Positions 35,697 to 48,828 are shown, counted from the whole stretch's first letter. The stretch: 60,650 nucleotides of DNA, filler included, from Thelocarpon superellum (GCA_026025795.1; 4 parts of 4 records of this genome joined end to end with filler, not necessarily neighbours in it), one strand, 5' to 3'. Made by a program: numbers and translations. The notes: a model not told the origin generated them from the letters alone.

Positions 35697-37083
35697 ATGG
35701 ATGTTGCCTACGACCACATCCAGGAGGAGGTCATTGCTCCTGAGGAGGGCGCCCCCAAGGCGACTACGGCGTCGACCGATGCTGCACCCACGCTGAACGC
35801 CGAATTCGCGGAGGCTTACAAAGCCATCTCCTCTACGCCATGGGGAGCTCGATTTGGAGCCCTTGTCGGCACCGTACGAAAACAGGTGCGGCCCGACTCG
35901 CCTGACCCGTTGACCCCGCTGACGGCATGATTTAGGGCGAGACATACTATGAAGGCGCCCGACAGGAATACAGCGTGGCCAGCTCCCAGGCCAGCAAGGG
36001 CTTCACCGAGATCCTCAATCGCACCCGTTCCCTTTCCACCAAGCAACCATCGTCGGCTCAGGCGGCCGACCCCGTGCCAGAGACCCCCACGGCAGACGCC
36101 GACGCGGCCAAAGACGCCCCCTCCTCCGACACGGAAACACTACGGGAGTCTGATGGCATCATCTCGCGCTTCCGGAGTGAGGCTTCGAAGCGTCTCAAGG
36201 AGATCGAGCGCGCCGAAGATGCGGCGGACGAGGCGTTGTTGAAGTTTGGCACCAACATCCGAAACTTCTTCCGCGACGCCGTCGCCATCGCCCCGCCCAG
36301 CGAGGCCGACCAGGCCGCTGGTAAGCACGGCGCCTCGACCGTCCTATTCGAGAGCAAGGACCGGGATGGCAAGCGCGTCATCCACACCACCCGGTTCGAT
36401 GCGCAATTGCATGTCATCCACTCGACCGGTGACAGCTTCGCCAAGGACCCCGCCAGCCCCGAATACGCGGGCTGGAGGGAAGGCTTCTCCGTTGCCAACC
36501 AGACCGACGAGATCGCCAAGGATCTGGAACGATTTAACGAGCTCCGGGCCGCCATGGAGCAGCTGGTGCCGGATCAAGTCAGCTACGATGACTTCTGGAC
36601 TCGTTACTACTTCCTCCGTCACGTGGTAGAGAGTGAAGAGCTCCGACGAAAGGAGTTGCTGCGACGTAAGGCTCCGTCCTTGGGCCATCCTACCGTCATT
36701 TCCATCCCTGTCAACTGACGTGATGCACAGGCGCGTCGGTCGACCCCGACGAGGAGGTGGCCTGGGACGAGGACTCGGGTCCCGAGAGTCCCAACGACCG
36801 TCCTACCGGCCGTTCCGCTGTGGCCAAGAGCCCCACATCAATGAACTCCTCCACGACGCTGCATCCAACGAGAGCCGGGGCCGACGCCGCTACCGCTACC
36901 GCCCCGTCCCCGAAGCCTGCGGGGTCGCGCCGGTCCCACGACCAACACTCGCAGCCCGACTCTGATGCCAGCTACGATCTGGTCAGCGGCCGCACCAGCG
37001 GCGTGCCCAGCCAGGCTCCGGGCAGCCCCCCCGAGCCGAAGAAGGCGGCCACAGCGGAGGACAGTGACGAGGATTGGGAGTAG
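35697..37083 (+). CDS. BSD domain protein (Dos2-like), 3 exons
   Basis: [62 protein letters not shown]. Confidence 0.88.
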
Positions 37084-37996
37084 TCGTAGGACGAGCCAGC
37101 GACTCTGCGGCGTTTGGAGGGAGTTTCCGGGGGATTCGGTTAGTTTCAGTCCTTGGTGATGCTCGTACCTCTGCTCCTTCGATGTAATACCATGCCGTCC
37201 CGCCTCGGGACGCCCGCCCCGGGACGCCCGCCCCGGGACGCCCGCCCCTACCTGAGCTTGCGCGGTAGATGTGCGTCGCGAAGCCGCTCCACGTACCACC
37301 GGCACCCAGCGTCACCCACGGCAACCACACAGCGGCGTGAGCTCCTAGTCGAACAACGCACTCCGTAGCTAATTTATACACACGCAAACGACGACAGCGA
37401 CCCACGTACTTTTCGCGAGTAGTGATGAGATGTTTGCCCAGGGATGGGCCCAGCCCCAGATTAATCCCCAGGCTCAGCGGCGCCGTTCCCTGAAGCGACC
37501 CTCCCCATGCGTGCCGTCACTGGACGGCCGGTACGGCGTTCCGAAGGGCACAGGTAACATGACTTGTTACGCGGTCTGTGGCGTCGTGTCTGGCTGGGTA
37601 CCGCTACTTGAACCTTGCGGGCCTCGCTTCGCGTGAGGGCGCTAAAATTTGCAGTCGAGCAGCGGCAACTTCTTTCCTGTCGGTTGCTGCATCGCTCCAG
37701 CGTTGTTTCCTGCCCAGTACTTCTCTCACTCCATCTTCCCTTGCTCACTTCCGTCCCCACGTCCCTTCCTCTCTCTTCCACCGTCTCTCCCATCTCACTT
37801 CCCGCCTCTCGGACGCCCGGCATCGCTGCAGTCCCTGCCTCGCCGATCCCCGGCCCGACCTCGTCTCATCCACCACCCTGGTCCCTTGGTGCATCGCGCC
37901 TTGGCGAGAGCTTGATACTGCGCCCTCGATCGTGCCGTCGATATCTGAAAGCCTTCGGTTGATTCCCTGTGACTTCCGCATCCGGCGTCATAGCTC

Positions 37997-40531
37997 ATGG
38001 CTCAGGTGAGTCGTCGCGCCTCCCCTTGGCTGCCGCGCCCACCCGCGTCCCGCTGACCAGATCTCGCCCAGTCGCGCCCCCACAACTACAATACGCAAGG
38101 CTACTTACCAAATGGAGCGAGCGGCGGTCCCGGAGGTGCCGCGGGAGCCACCTCAGGCTCCAAGCTGCTGCCCAACCATGGGCGGATCGTCCAGTCCGGC
38201 GGAGTGCGCGTGCTCTGTGTGGCGGACGTGCGTGGTAGGTGCAGATGTCTTGCGTCCATCAGGTCCCTCGTGGCGAAGAGAGACATCGGCCATGAGTCGC
38301 ACTGACTCGTCGGGTGGGACAGGTAACCTGCGATCGCTGAATGAGCTTGCCAAGCAAGCACGTGCCGATCATATCATCCACACGGGCGATTTTGGCTTCT
38401 ACGACGATTCCTCGCTGGAGCGGATTGCGGACAAGTGAGTAAGCCCCGCGGGCGCGGGGGCCGGAGAAGGCGATGCTGACCATGGCCACTTTCCAGGACG
38501 CTCAAGCACGTGGCGCAGTACTCGCCGCTCCTCTCGGAGCATGTCAAGAAGCAGATCTCACAACCCGGCCCGCCTCAGCCGCCAGTGGTGCAGCGCTTCC
38601 CGCCGGAGCAGCTGCCGCTGTCGGAGCTCCCGCTCTTCCTGAACAAGACATACACGCTCGACGTGCCGGTGTACACGGTGTGGGGTGCGTGTGAGGATGT
38701 GCGCGTGCTGGAGAAGTTTCGCTCGGGCGAGTACAAGGTCGACAAGCTCCACATCATCGACGAGGCCAACTCGCGACTGCTGGATGTGGGCGGGCTGAAG
38801 CTCCGTCTGCTCGGCCTGGGCGGCGCGGTGGTGATGCACAAGCTCTTCGACAACGGCGAGGGCCGGACGACCATCGCCGGCGGCCAGGGCACCATGTGGA
38901 CGACGCTATTGCAGATGGGCGAGCTGGTGGACACGGCCAACCGCGTCTATGACCCGACGGAGACGCGTGTGTTTGTGACGCATGCGTCGCCGGCACGCGA
39001 GGGCCTCCTCAACCAGCTGTCGGTCACGCTCAAGGCGGACTTTTCCATCTCGGCCGGTCTGCACTTCCGGTACGGCAGCTCCTACAACGAGTTCAGCGTC
39101 AACCCCACGCTCGACCATTACCGCGGCAAGCTGGCCGCCTCCAAGGCCTCCTTCCACGACGTGTGGGACACGGTCAAGGGCGAGGTGGAACCGGCGGTGT
39201 CGCAGAACGAAGCGCAACAGACCTTACTCCAGAACGCGTTGGACATTGTGCAGAAGATGCCCACGGTGGCCAATGGCGGCAACCCCTTTGGCGGGCCCGT
39301 CGGCAACCCCACCGCCGGCGGTCAGGTGGACGAGAGCGCCTTCAAGAACATGTGGAACTTCAACCTGGCGGACGCGGCCTTTGGCTGGCTCGTGCTCGAG
39401 GTCGAAGGTGGCCGGATCGGAACGGAGATGCGCGCTCAGGGCTTCAACTTTGCCCATCGCGCCGGCAAGCATGGCGTCGGCGCGCCCGGCCAAGCCTCGG
39501 TGGCACCGTCGGCCAGCTCGGGGACGCCCGGCGGCAGCAGCGCCATGGCCACCTCGACCCCAACCGGCACCTCGCAGGCCCGCGGCACGGTGCCGTCCTC
39601 GGGCGCAGCTCCGACCGCGAACACCGGGCCCGGCCGTCACGCTGGGGCCGCCGCTGGCAAGGGACCCACGGGCGCCGCTCGCGGCAACCCGTCGCCAGCC
39701 CCGCCCATCACGGGCCAGGAAAAACCCGTCACGCCTCAGCCGACGAGCACGAACGTCAACCTTCCGCCCGCGGGTGGAGACAAGGCGGATGGCGTGCGCA
39801 ATGGGACGGGCGCCAAGGACGGCAAAGGCGCGGCCTCGCCCGCGGCCAAGGTCACGTCACCGCCCGAGCGCAAGCCGACCGACGCGCTCTTCGTCTCCTA
39901 CGTGAAGGACGAGGAGCACTGCCGCGGCCTCTTCACCGAGACGGACCGCGCCAAGATCACCCGCATCGAGCGACATAAGAGCGGCGCCTTTGTCGTGCAC
40001 TTTGAGAACCCCGACGAGGCCAAGGCCGTCTTGGAGCGCACGTACGTCGAGAAGAAGCGCGGGGACACGGAGAAGCCGTCGATCAAACCCTATATGGACT
40101 CCATCGGTGGTCGGTACGGGCATGGGGCCGACGGCAACAACGGATCGCGATGGCAGGCAAGTAGCCGCGGAGGTGGCGGCGGCGGCGGCACCGCGGGGAG
40201 CGGCTATCGGAGTGGCGGCGGCGGGACTGGTGGTGGCGCGGCCAGCGACAGCGACGCCGGGCGCCAGGGCCGTGGCTCTTTCCGTGGCAGCAGCAGCGGT
40301 GGCCGTGGGCGAAATGACCGTGGCGGACGCGGTGGTGGTGGCCGCGGCGGACGAGGCAGCTACAACAACAGCCCCAGCGCCAACGTCAATGCCAACTCCA
40401 GCACCAACTCGAGCACCACCACCAAGGCTCCCGCGGCGGCGACAGAGGGGGCTCCAGCTGCGGCCAGCCCCGCGCCGGCGGCGGCGCCTGCTCCTGCGCC
40501 TGCGGCAGCGGCCCCGACGACCAGCTCCTGA
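37997..40531 (+). CDS. DUF2433-like metallophosphoesterase-fold protein with RRM-like domain and RGG tail
   Basis: Micro first exon ATG GCT CAG|GTGAGT, then VRVLCVADVRG|NLRSLN..IIHTGDFGFYD..VYTVWGACED..THASP..SAGLHFRYG; C-terminal LFVSYV..AFVVHFENPDEAKAVL and RGG repeats. Confidence 0.82.
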
Positions 40532-40677
40532 GTCGATGTCGATCCGCCGTGGGCTCGCAGGCCCCAGTGCTCGGCTTCGTCCGCGTGCTCCGTGCCGGTG
40601 CACGATTCCCTCCTTCTTCTCCCTTCCCCATCCCACCCTCGGCGTGCCTCCCCCTGTTCCAGCTCGGGGGTTGCGAT

Positions 40678-40735
40678 GTCTGCCGTCTGCCGTCTGCCGT
40701 CTGCTGTCTGCTGTCTGCTGCCTGCTGTCCGCTCT
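40678..40735. repeat. 7-mer tandem repeat (CTGCYGT) in the 3' UTR
   Basis: gtctgccgtctgccgtctgccgtctgctgtctgctgtctgctgcctgctgtcc. Confidence 0.75.
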
Positions 40736-41685
40736 CTGCTGCGTCTCCTTCGGTTGCCATAGCGAGGCGGGTCTGGCTGGTCGTGGTCCTGACATCCGGC
40801 CGGTGAGACGTGCCTGCCATCTTTCTGTCCTTGCACCGGCCCCGGGTGTGGTGACGCGGCACCCGCTGCGCTCGACCGATCCTCCGGGGGCCCCGCACCT
40901 GCGCGTCCCTGTGCGCCTAGCGATTTCTTCCCATCAGGCCCGAGTTTTCCGTCATCTGCCAATGCATGTACAGTAGTGCGGATTGAAAAGCGTAGAACAG
41001 CTTCCTGAAGATCCTTGACGAGGACTGACGTGACGTGCGACGAGTGAGTCTCTCCCTCAGAGATACGTAGTCGCAGTGGGATGCTGGACGTGCGCGTGGT
41101 CGTGGTCGAAGCCAGCAGTCACGTGAACTTGCCCGCTGTGAGCCCCAGTGAACGCTGGTGCATGTCACTTGACCACTTTCACACCATTGCGCACCTTTGC
41201 TATTTCAACCTATCACTGCTACTATAACACCTACCCGCAGCTCGTGAAACGCCATTGCAGCATCACTTTCATCGAGCGCGATGTCCTGGTCGACGGGCGG
41301 GCCGGGGGCCAGGGGCTTACCGAGGCCGGGGGCGCCGGTGACGTCGCCCGCAGGCATGATCGCCGTCGCGAGCTCGGCCACGTTCACAATCACGGGGAGA
41401 GCCGAAGCGCGCACCGGTGGCATGCACATCCTCTTGCCACGCTCATGCCTTGCGCATGCTCCACGCGTTTGAACGCCCGCTATACTGCTGTAGCTGTCCC
41501 ATCGTTGGCCCTCTACGCTTCCGGCGGTCCTCGTCGGTCTTCCGCTTATCCCTCTCGTCGTCATCTCGTCTCCCAAACCCTCGCGATCTTTCGTCGGACT
41601 CCGCTGCCAGCTCATGTCGTCACCGCCGCGATAACCTGACCCGCGGGCTTCACCCTCGCGCCCAGTGCGCCACCCTCCGTCCAAC

Positions 41686-44600
41686 ATGCACCAGCTCCAT
41701 CTCCTCGCGCTGTCAGCACTCGTCGCCTCATCCGTCCTCGCTGCGAACGAATCGTGGACGACCCGGCACGAGTCGGGACGGTGTGCCCTGCGCGGCCAGT
41801 GTGGCGCCCAGAGCTTCTTCGGCCAAGAGCTGCCCTGTCCTGACAATGGACCCGCCGACGAACCCACGCCGGCCGCGCGTGCCAAGCTGGTCAACATCTG
41901 TGGGGCGGAGTGGAGCGAGGGCCTCGTGTGCTGCGAGGAGGACCAGATCGATGCCTTGACCTCCAACCTCAAGAGCGCCGAGGCCATCATCTCCGCCTGC
42001 CCGGCGTGCAAGGAGAACTTCTTCAACCTCTTCTGCACCTTCACCTGCTCGCCCGACCAGTCCCGCTTCCTCAACGTCACCGCCCTCGACCAGTCCCGCA
42101 CCCAGCAGACCGTCGTCACCGAACTGGACTTCCTCGTCGCCGACCGCTACGGCCAGGGCTTCTACAACAGCTGCCAGGAGGTCAAATTCGGTGCGGCCAA
42201 CGCCCGAGCCATGGACTTCATCGGCGGCGGCGCGAAGAACTACACCGACTTCCTCACGTTTCTGGGCCACAAGAACCCGCCCTTTGGCTCTCCCTTTCAG
42301 ATGAACCTGCCCCGTCCCGCCGGCCGTCAGACCGAGGGCATGCGTGCGCTCGACGACGACCCCAAGTCCTGCAACGATCCCGACCCCCGATACCGTTGCT
42401 CCTGCGTCGACTGCCCCGACGTCTGCCCCGAGCTGCCCGAGCTCGCCGAGGACGAGGCGTGCTACGTCGGCATCCTGCCCTGCCTGTCCTTTGCCGTCGT
42501 CCTGATCTACAGCGTCGTGCTGCTCTTGATGGTCGCCGGCCTCGCCTTCCACGTCGCCTGGCAGAAGCATCGCCGTTCCAAGACGGAACGCTTGCGCCTG
42601 CTGCGCGATACCGCCCCAAGCGACGACGATGAGGATGACACACACGTGCTCCATCACCCCGGCATGGTGGAGCGACCGCCGCGGCAATACCCGCTCAACG
42701 TCTTCCTGGATGCGGCCTTTCGCCGTCTGGGAAGCGCCACGGCCCACTATCCCGCCATCACCATCACCCTCAGCGTCGTCGTCGTCGCCGTCCTGAGCCT
42801 GGGCTGGATGAACTTTGCCATCGAGACGGATCCTGTGCGTCTCTGGGTCAGTCCCACCTCCGCCGCGGCGGAGGAGAAGAGCTTCTTCGACCAGCACTTT
42901 GGGCCCTTCTATCGCGCCCAGCAAGCCTTCCTCGTCAACGACACCACCCCCGGTGGGCCGGGCCCTGTGCTCAGCTACGACACTCTCGGCTGGTGGTTCG
43001 ACGTGGAGAGCCGCGTGCAGCGGCTGAAGTCTATTCAGCATGGTCTCACCCTCGATGACGTCTGCTTCAAGCCGACGGGTGACGCCTGTGTCGTGCAATC
43101 CGTCACCCACTACTTTCCCGCCGGCTTCGCCAGCCTCGAGCCCGACACGTGGGCGGCGCAGCTGCGGGCCTGCACGGCCCATCCGGTCGATTGCCTGCCC
43201 GACTTTCAGCAACCCCTCCACCAAGAGATGATCCTCGGCGGCTGGCAGGAGAGCGGCGACGTCGTCGACGCCGCAGCCCTGATCGTCACCTGGGTCGTGA
43301 ACAACCACGGGCAAGGCAGCGAAGAGGAAGCCCGGGCGATGGACTGGGAGGAGAGCCTCAAAGGCTTGCTGCTGGCCGTGCAGGAGGAGGCGCGTGAGCG
43401 AGGACTCCGCCTGTCGTTCTCCACGGAAGTCAGTCTGGAACAGGAGCTGAACCAGTCGACCAACACCGACGCCAAGATCGTCGTCATCAGCTACCTCATC
43501 ATGTTCCTCTACGCCTCCCTCGCCCTCGGCTCGACCGTGCAAGCGGGGCGGACCCTGCTACGGAGCCCGTCGACGGCCCTGGTGCAGTCCAAGTTCAGCC
43601 TGGGCGTCATCGGCATCCTCATCGTGCTCATGTCGGTCTCGGCCTCGGTCGGGCTCTTTGCCGGGCTCGGGGTCAAGGTGACGCTGATCATCGCCGAGGT
43701 GATTCCCTTCCTGGTGCTCGCCGTCGGCGTCGACAACATCTTCCTCATCGTGCACGAGCTGGACCGGGTCAACGTGAGCCGTCCGGACGAGGTGGTGGAG
43801 GAACGGGTGGCGCGCGCTCTGGGCCGGATGGGTCCCAGCATCCTGCTGTCCGGCCTGACCGAGACGGTGGCGTTCGCGCTCGGCGCCGTCGTGGGCATGC
43901 CCGCCGTGCGCAACTTTGCCATCTACGCCGCCGGCGCCGTCTTCATCAACGCCTGCCTGCAAGTGACCATGTTCACGGCGGTGTTGACGTGGAACCAACG
44001 CCGGGTGGAAGACAACCGCGCCGACTGCGTCCCGTGCGTCCGACTGCGGCCGGTGGCGCTCACGAACGGGCATGGCGGACGCAGCGCCTATGACGCGGAC
44101 GAGGAAGGCCGTCTCCAGCGATTCATTCGACAGACCTACGCACCCGCCTTGCTCCAGCGACCGATCAAGGTCGCCGTGCTGATGGCCTTCCTCGCCCTCT
44201 TCACCACCGGCATCGCCCTCATCCCCGAGGTGCGCCTGGGGCTGGACCAGCGCATCGCCATCCCCAGCGACTCGTACCTGATTCCCTACTTTGACGATCT
44301 CTACGCCTACTTCGATGCCGGTCCGCCCGTCTACTTTGTCACGCGCGAGCTCAACGTCACGGCGCGGGTGCACCAGGAGGAGCTCTGCGCCCGCTTCGCG
44401 GCCTGCCATCCCTTCTCCCTGACCAACATCCTGGAGCAGGAGCGCAAGCGGGCCGAGCGGTCCTACATTGCCGATCCCACGGCCAGCTGGATCGACGACT
44501 TCTTCCTCTGGCTCAATCCCACCTTTGAGGACTGCTGCCGCGAAGACGGCGACGTCTGCTTCGCGGACCGGGACCCGGCGTGGAACACGACGCTGTACGG

Positions 44601-45485
44601 AATGCCCGAAGGGTCGGAGTTTGTGCATTATCTGGAACAATGGCTGGACGCGCCGACGACGCAAGACTGCGCCTTGGGTGGCCGAGCGGCCTACGGGCAT
44701 GCCGTCGTGGTGGACGCCGGCCGCACGACGATCCCGGCCAGTCACTTCCGCACGGCCCATGCACCCTTGCGCAGCCAAGAAGACTTCATCGCCGCCTTTG
44801 CCTCGGCGCGGCGAATCGCCCATGACATCAGCCAGGAGATGGGCGCCGAGGTCTTCCCCTACTCCAAATTCTACATCTTCTTTGATCAGTACGCCTCCAT
44901 CGTCCAGCTCACGACGACCTTGCTCGGTACGGCCCTCGCCTTCATCCTGGTCATCACGTCGGTGCTGCTGGGGTCGGTACGGACAGGGGTGGTGGTGACG
45001 GGGACGGTGGTGATGATCGTGGTGGACATCCTCGGCACCATGGCCGTCGCCGGCGTCAGCCTCAACGCCGTGAGCCTCGTCAACCTCGTCATCTGCGTCG
45101 GCATCGGCGTCGAGTTCTGCGCGCACATCGCCCGCGCCTTCATGTTCCCCTCGCGCAGCGTGCTCGAGCGTGGGCGACATCAATTCCGGCCGCATGACGC
45201 GCGGGCGTGGACGGCGCTGGTCAACGTGGGCGGCAGCGTCTTCAGCGGCATCACCATCACCAAGCTGCTGGGCGTCTGTGTCCTGGCCTTCACCCGGAGC
45301 AAGATCTTTGAGATCTACTACTTTCGCATCTGGCTCGCCCTGGTCGTCTTTGCCGCCACCCACGCCCTGATCTTTCTCCCCGTCGCCTTGAGCTTGTTTG
45401 GGGGGGCGGGTAAGCTGCGCTCGATCTGCCACAGGATGACGGCTGACCACGCGCTAGGTTACGTGGACCCCGAGACCGACGGCGG
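41686..45485 (+). CDS. NCR1: Niemann-Pick C1-like sterol transporter (Ncr1); 3' end truncated at contig edge
   Basis: Signal peptide, Cys-rich NTD (CALRGQCG..ACPACKENFFNLFCTFTCSPDQS), sterol-sensing domain (EVIPFLVLAVGVDNIFL), GIGVEFCAHI and SKIFEIYYFR. Confidence 0.96.
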
Positions 45486-45585
45486 NNNNNNNNNNNNNNN
45501 NNNNNNNNNNNNNNNNNNNNNNNNNNNNNTTAATTAATTAANNNNNNNNNNNNNNNNNNNNNNNNNNNNNNNNNNNNNNNNNNNN
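45486..45585. other. Artificial contig linker
   Basis: 44 N + TTAATTAATTAA + 44 N. Confidence 0.98.
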
Positions 45586-45607
45586 ATCGCGGACTGACTA
45601 AACTTAG

Positions 45608-47263
45608 GGCCATGGGACCCTCAATGCCATCTACTCGGCCGTGGCGAAGTCGTGTGAGGTCAACCAATGGGACGGTGTTGATCTCCTGATCATTGGCGGA
45701 GACTTTCAAGTAGGTCTATCTGCAGCACACAGCCCATCGCGCTCATACTCACGTCGACAGGCAGTCCGCAACGCTCAAGACCTCCATTGTATGTCGGTCC
45801 CTGTCAGATATCGCGAGATTGGGGACTTCCACGAGTACTATTCGGGGGCCCGCGTGGCGCCGTACCTGACCCTCTTCGTTGGCGGCAATCATGAAGCCAG
45901 CAATCACTTATGGGAGCTCTACTATGGCGGATGGGCGGCCCCTAACATCTACTACCTTGGCGCTGCGAACGTGCTCCGTCTTGGTCCCCTTCGAATCGCC
46001 GGGCTATCGGGGATCTGGAAGGGGTACAACTACAACAAGTCACATTACGAGCGTCTCCCGTATAACCAGGACGATGTCAAGTCGATCTACCACGTACGGG
46101 AATTGGATGTGCGGAAACTCTTGCTCCTTCGGACCCAGGTCGACATCGGAATCAGCCACGATTGGCCTCGGGGAGTCGAGTGGAGTGGTGATCATCGAAC
46201 ATTGTTTCGCAAGAAAGACCTGTTCGAAGCCGATTCTCGGGCCGGCAACCTTGGGAGCGCCGCAGCCAAGTATGTCCTCGACCGGCTGAGGCCTGCCTAT
46301 TGGTTTTCCGCCCATCTTCACGTCAAGTTTCCCGCCATCGTCCAGCATCCACCGGCCGCTTTGCAGCAACCGGGGCCTGACATCCCCAGCGCTCACCCTG
46401 ATCCTGCCCCAGCTCTTGTCTCCACCAACGGCGTCAAGAACAGCGAGGAAATCGACCTCGACATTGACATGGATGACGAGGCCGATGGACACCCGGCCTC
46501 AGCCCCGCCGCTCCCGACGGAATCTTCGAAGGCGGACCCAGCGGTGCCGATGGAATCACCATCTCTGGAATCGCTTCGCGCACAGTTACCTGTCTCCTTT
46601 TCTCGACCTGCTCCCGCTCCTTCCCGCCCGGTCCCAGCTATCCCCCGAGGGATCACAAATTTGACCACCGAGTTCCTAGCTCTAGATAAATGTCTCCCAG
46701 GCCGCAAGTTCTTACAGATCCTAGAGGTTGAGCCGATCAGCAAAGTAGCGGCATCTGCGTCTCCGCACGAAGCATCCACTCCGCTACGTCTCGAGTATGA
46801 TCCGGAGTGGTTGGCCATCGTCCGAGCACTTGCGTCGGATCTTTGCCTTGGCGATCGCCATGCTCCCCGTGTTCCTGATCTAGGCGAGGCACACTATCAA
46901 GCTCGTATCGAGCAAGAAGCAGCATGGGTAGAGGAGCACATTGTCTCGCCGGGTCGACTCGTTGTCCCCACCAACTTCGAGATCACGGCACCCACTTTCG
47001 ATCCCACGTTGGGGTTTTCTGATATACCGATGCCGCCAGAATACGACAGTCCCCAAACGGCCGCCTTCTGCGCGTTGCTGGAAATCAAGAATCATTTCTT
47101 TGCCACTGCGGAAGAGAAAGCGGAACGTTTGCGCCTCGGACCGGAGCCTGCCGCGCCACGATTTGGCGGCCATTCGCACCGAGGTGGGCCGGGTTGGGGT
47201 AGAGGACGCGGCCTCCACGGTGGACGTGGTCGAGGCCGAGGACGAGGTCGCGGAGCACGGTAG
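45608..47263 (+). CDS. DBR1: RNA lariat debranching enzyme; first exon missing; in-frame 51-nt intron at about 45710-45760
   Basis: GHGTLNAIY..GGDFQ|AVRN..GGNHEAS..SIYHVR..SHDWP..WFSAHLHVKF..FLALDKCLPGRKFLQ..YDPEWLAI. Confidence 0.95.
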   Translation, partial: GHGTLNAIYSAVAKSCEVNQWDGVDLLIIGGDFQVGLSAAHSPSRSYSRRQAVRNAQDLHCMSVPVRYREIGDFHEYYSGARVAPYLTLFVGGNHEASNHLWELYYGGWAAPNIYYLGAANVLRLGPLRIAGLSGIWKGYNYNKSHYERLPYNQDDVKSIYHVRELDVRKLLLLRTQVDIGISHDWPRGVEWSGDHRTLFRKKDLFEADSRAGNLGSAAAKYVLDRLRPAYWFSAHLHVKFPAIVQHPPAALQQPGPDIPSAHPDPAPALVSTNGVKNSEEIDLDIDMDDEADGHPASAPPLPTESSKADPAVPMESPSLESLRAQLPVSFSRPAPAPSRPVPAIPRGITNLTTEFLALDKCLPGRKFLQILEVEPISKVAASASPHEASTPLRLEYDPEWLAIVRALASDLCLGDRHAPRVPDLGEAHYQARIEQEAAWVEEHIVSPGRLVVPTNFEITAPTFDPTLGFSDIPMPPEYDSPQTAAFCALLEIKNHFFATAEEKAERLRLGPEPAAPRFGGHSHRGGPGWGRGRGLHGGRGRGRGRGRGAR

Positions 47264-47478
47264 CGGGACTGAGCCCGCCCAGCGCATCGTTGAGTTGAGC
47301 TTGATACCACTTGACCTGAAAAAGGGAGACTCTGCATTCACCCTAGGCGCACAAAAGGCGCAGCTCTGCAAAAAGAAAAAGGTAACATCGGTTCCAGTTT
47401 TCCGCATCTGCCAGAACATCAACAACCCCGAACCATCCCATCGCTCCACCTCATCCATATGCCTACAAAAGAGCATTA

Positions 47479-47608
47479 TGAGAAGGATGGGATTCGAACC
47501 CATGCGGTTGCCCAACACGGACTTACGTTCAAACTGAAGATGCAAGATTCCATCTCTTCCATCACAGAGAACCTAAACGTGTCGCCTTAACCACTCGGCC
47601 ACCTTCCC
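47479..47608 (-). tRNA. tRNA-Leu(UAG) with ~51-nt intron
   Basis: Minus strand: GGGAAGG TGGCCGAGTGGTTAAGGC G ACACG TT TAG G [intron] C CGTGT, variable arm, ATGGGTTCGAATCCCAT CCTTCTC A. A and B boxes are present and a T4 tract follows downstream. Confidence 0.93.
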
Positions 47609-48036
47609 GCGGCGAAATGGTCCATAAATAGGTAGATATCGGGTTCGTGCTATCCCATTGGGTTTCGCCCGTAAATCAAGCCCGTGGAGCCAGCGTTTGA
47701 TGCTCGTGCTGGATGGGATCAAATCGGATGAGAGACGCCAAAAGGGCGCGAGAAGATACAGTCCTGATCTTGAAGGCATCCGCGAGAAAACAAAGTTGAT
47801 TGACCATATGCCGCCTGGTTCAATCATGGCCAATAACGGCCTGCATTGCTGTAGTCTTGTGAAAGAGAAACAGATGCGAAGGGAGGCGAGAGACGACGAG
47901 CTGGACGCGTAGCGAAGCGTGGGTGTCTCGCGTTCCACCCACCACTCGTAGCCCCACCCACCATCACCACCACTAGCATCATCAGCACGGCCCACTCGTG
48001 GCACTCGTGGCGCATTGTACTCCACGATTCGCAGTA

Positions 48037-48567
48037 ATGTCCGGCCCCCGAGCGCCACCGTCCTACTTTGAGCAGCAGCGCGCAGCGATACTTGAGGATG
48101 TCGCAAAAGTACGTCTGCCCTCTCTGCAACGGCTACGAGCAGTGAGCGCAGTGTGGTGTGCCCCGCACTAACGCTTCCCGCGCGATGGCTCCACAGAACA
48201 TGGAGCTGGTGCTACAGAACATCAACAAGCTGAATCGAAGTCTAGAGGGGGTCATTGCGGTGAGTGTCAAGACTCCCAACCAGGAAGAGTGGCTTGGCGT
48301 AGATGCGAAGGAGGAGGGGGCTTGAAGCAGGACGAAAAGGCAGGCAGACAGGCAGGCAGACAGGCAGGCTGATTGTGTGGTACCGCGTTGGTCTAGGTCG
48401 GGAATGAGTTTGGTTCTGTCGAGGCGTTGTGGAGTCAGTTCGAAGGCGTCATGGCTCGGGATCCGGAGGCCGATGCGGAAGCGTATGATGTTGCGGGCGA
48501 GGAGGTCGAGGACGAGCATGGGAGTCATGCCGGTGAGGAACACAGCGAGAAGAATACGGCGCGATAA
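48037..48567 (+). CDS. DAD1: DASH/Dam1 complex subunit Dad1, 3 exons
   Basis: [64 protein letters not shown]; absent from the ORF track because it is spliced. Confidence 0.92.
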
Positions 48568-48828
48568 AGTCTGGCGGCGGTGCTCTACGTCCACGATCTC
48601 AGTGAGATTGCATCAATTCGCTATAATCATATCATCCGGTACTGGTCGCTGGAAACCTCCATTTTCATGTATGCAATGCGGGCCAAAGAAGAGTGGGCAG
48701 GTCCATCTCCCAAGGTCAGCACATGAGGCCCATTATCGCTTGCTCCAAACGCCATCGTCGTTGTGCATTGGTCCCGAAGGTGATCAGTCGGTCGAGGTCG
48801 AGGTCAAAGTCGTGGGTTGGTGGAGCAC

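Noticed and set aside
41728..45450. Long antisense ORFs (604 and 630 aa) opposite NCR1, and similar shadow ORFs over other genes
   Set aside because: They are by-products of high GC3 codon usage on the sense gene and show no protein motifs.
37997..47263. Functional cluster of the DUF2433-like pseudo-phosphoesterase with DBR1, or of NCR1 with the sphingolipid phosphatase
   Set aside because: The genes are on different contigs separated by an artificial linker.
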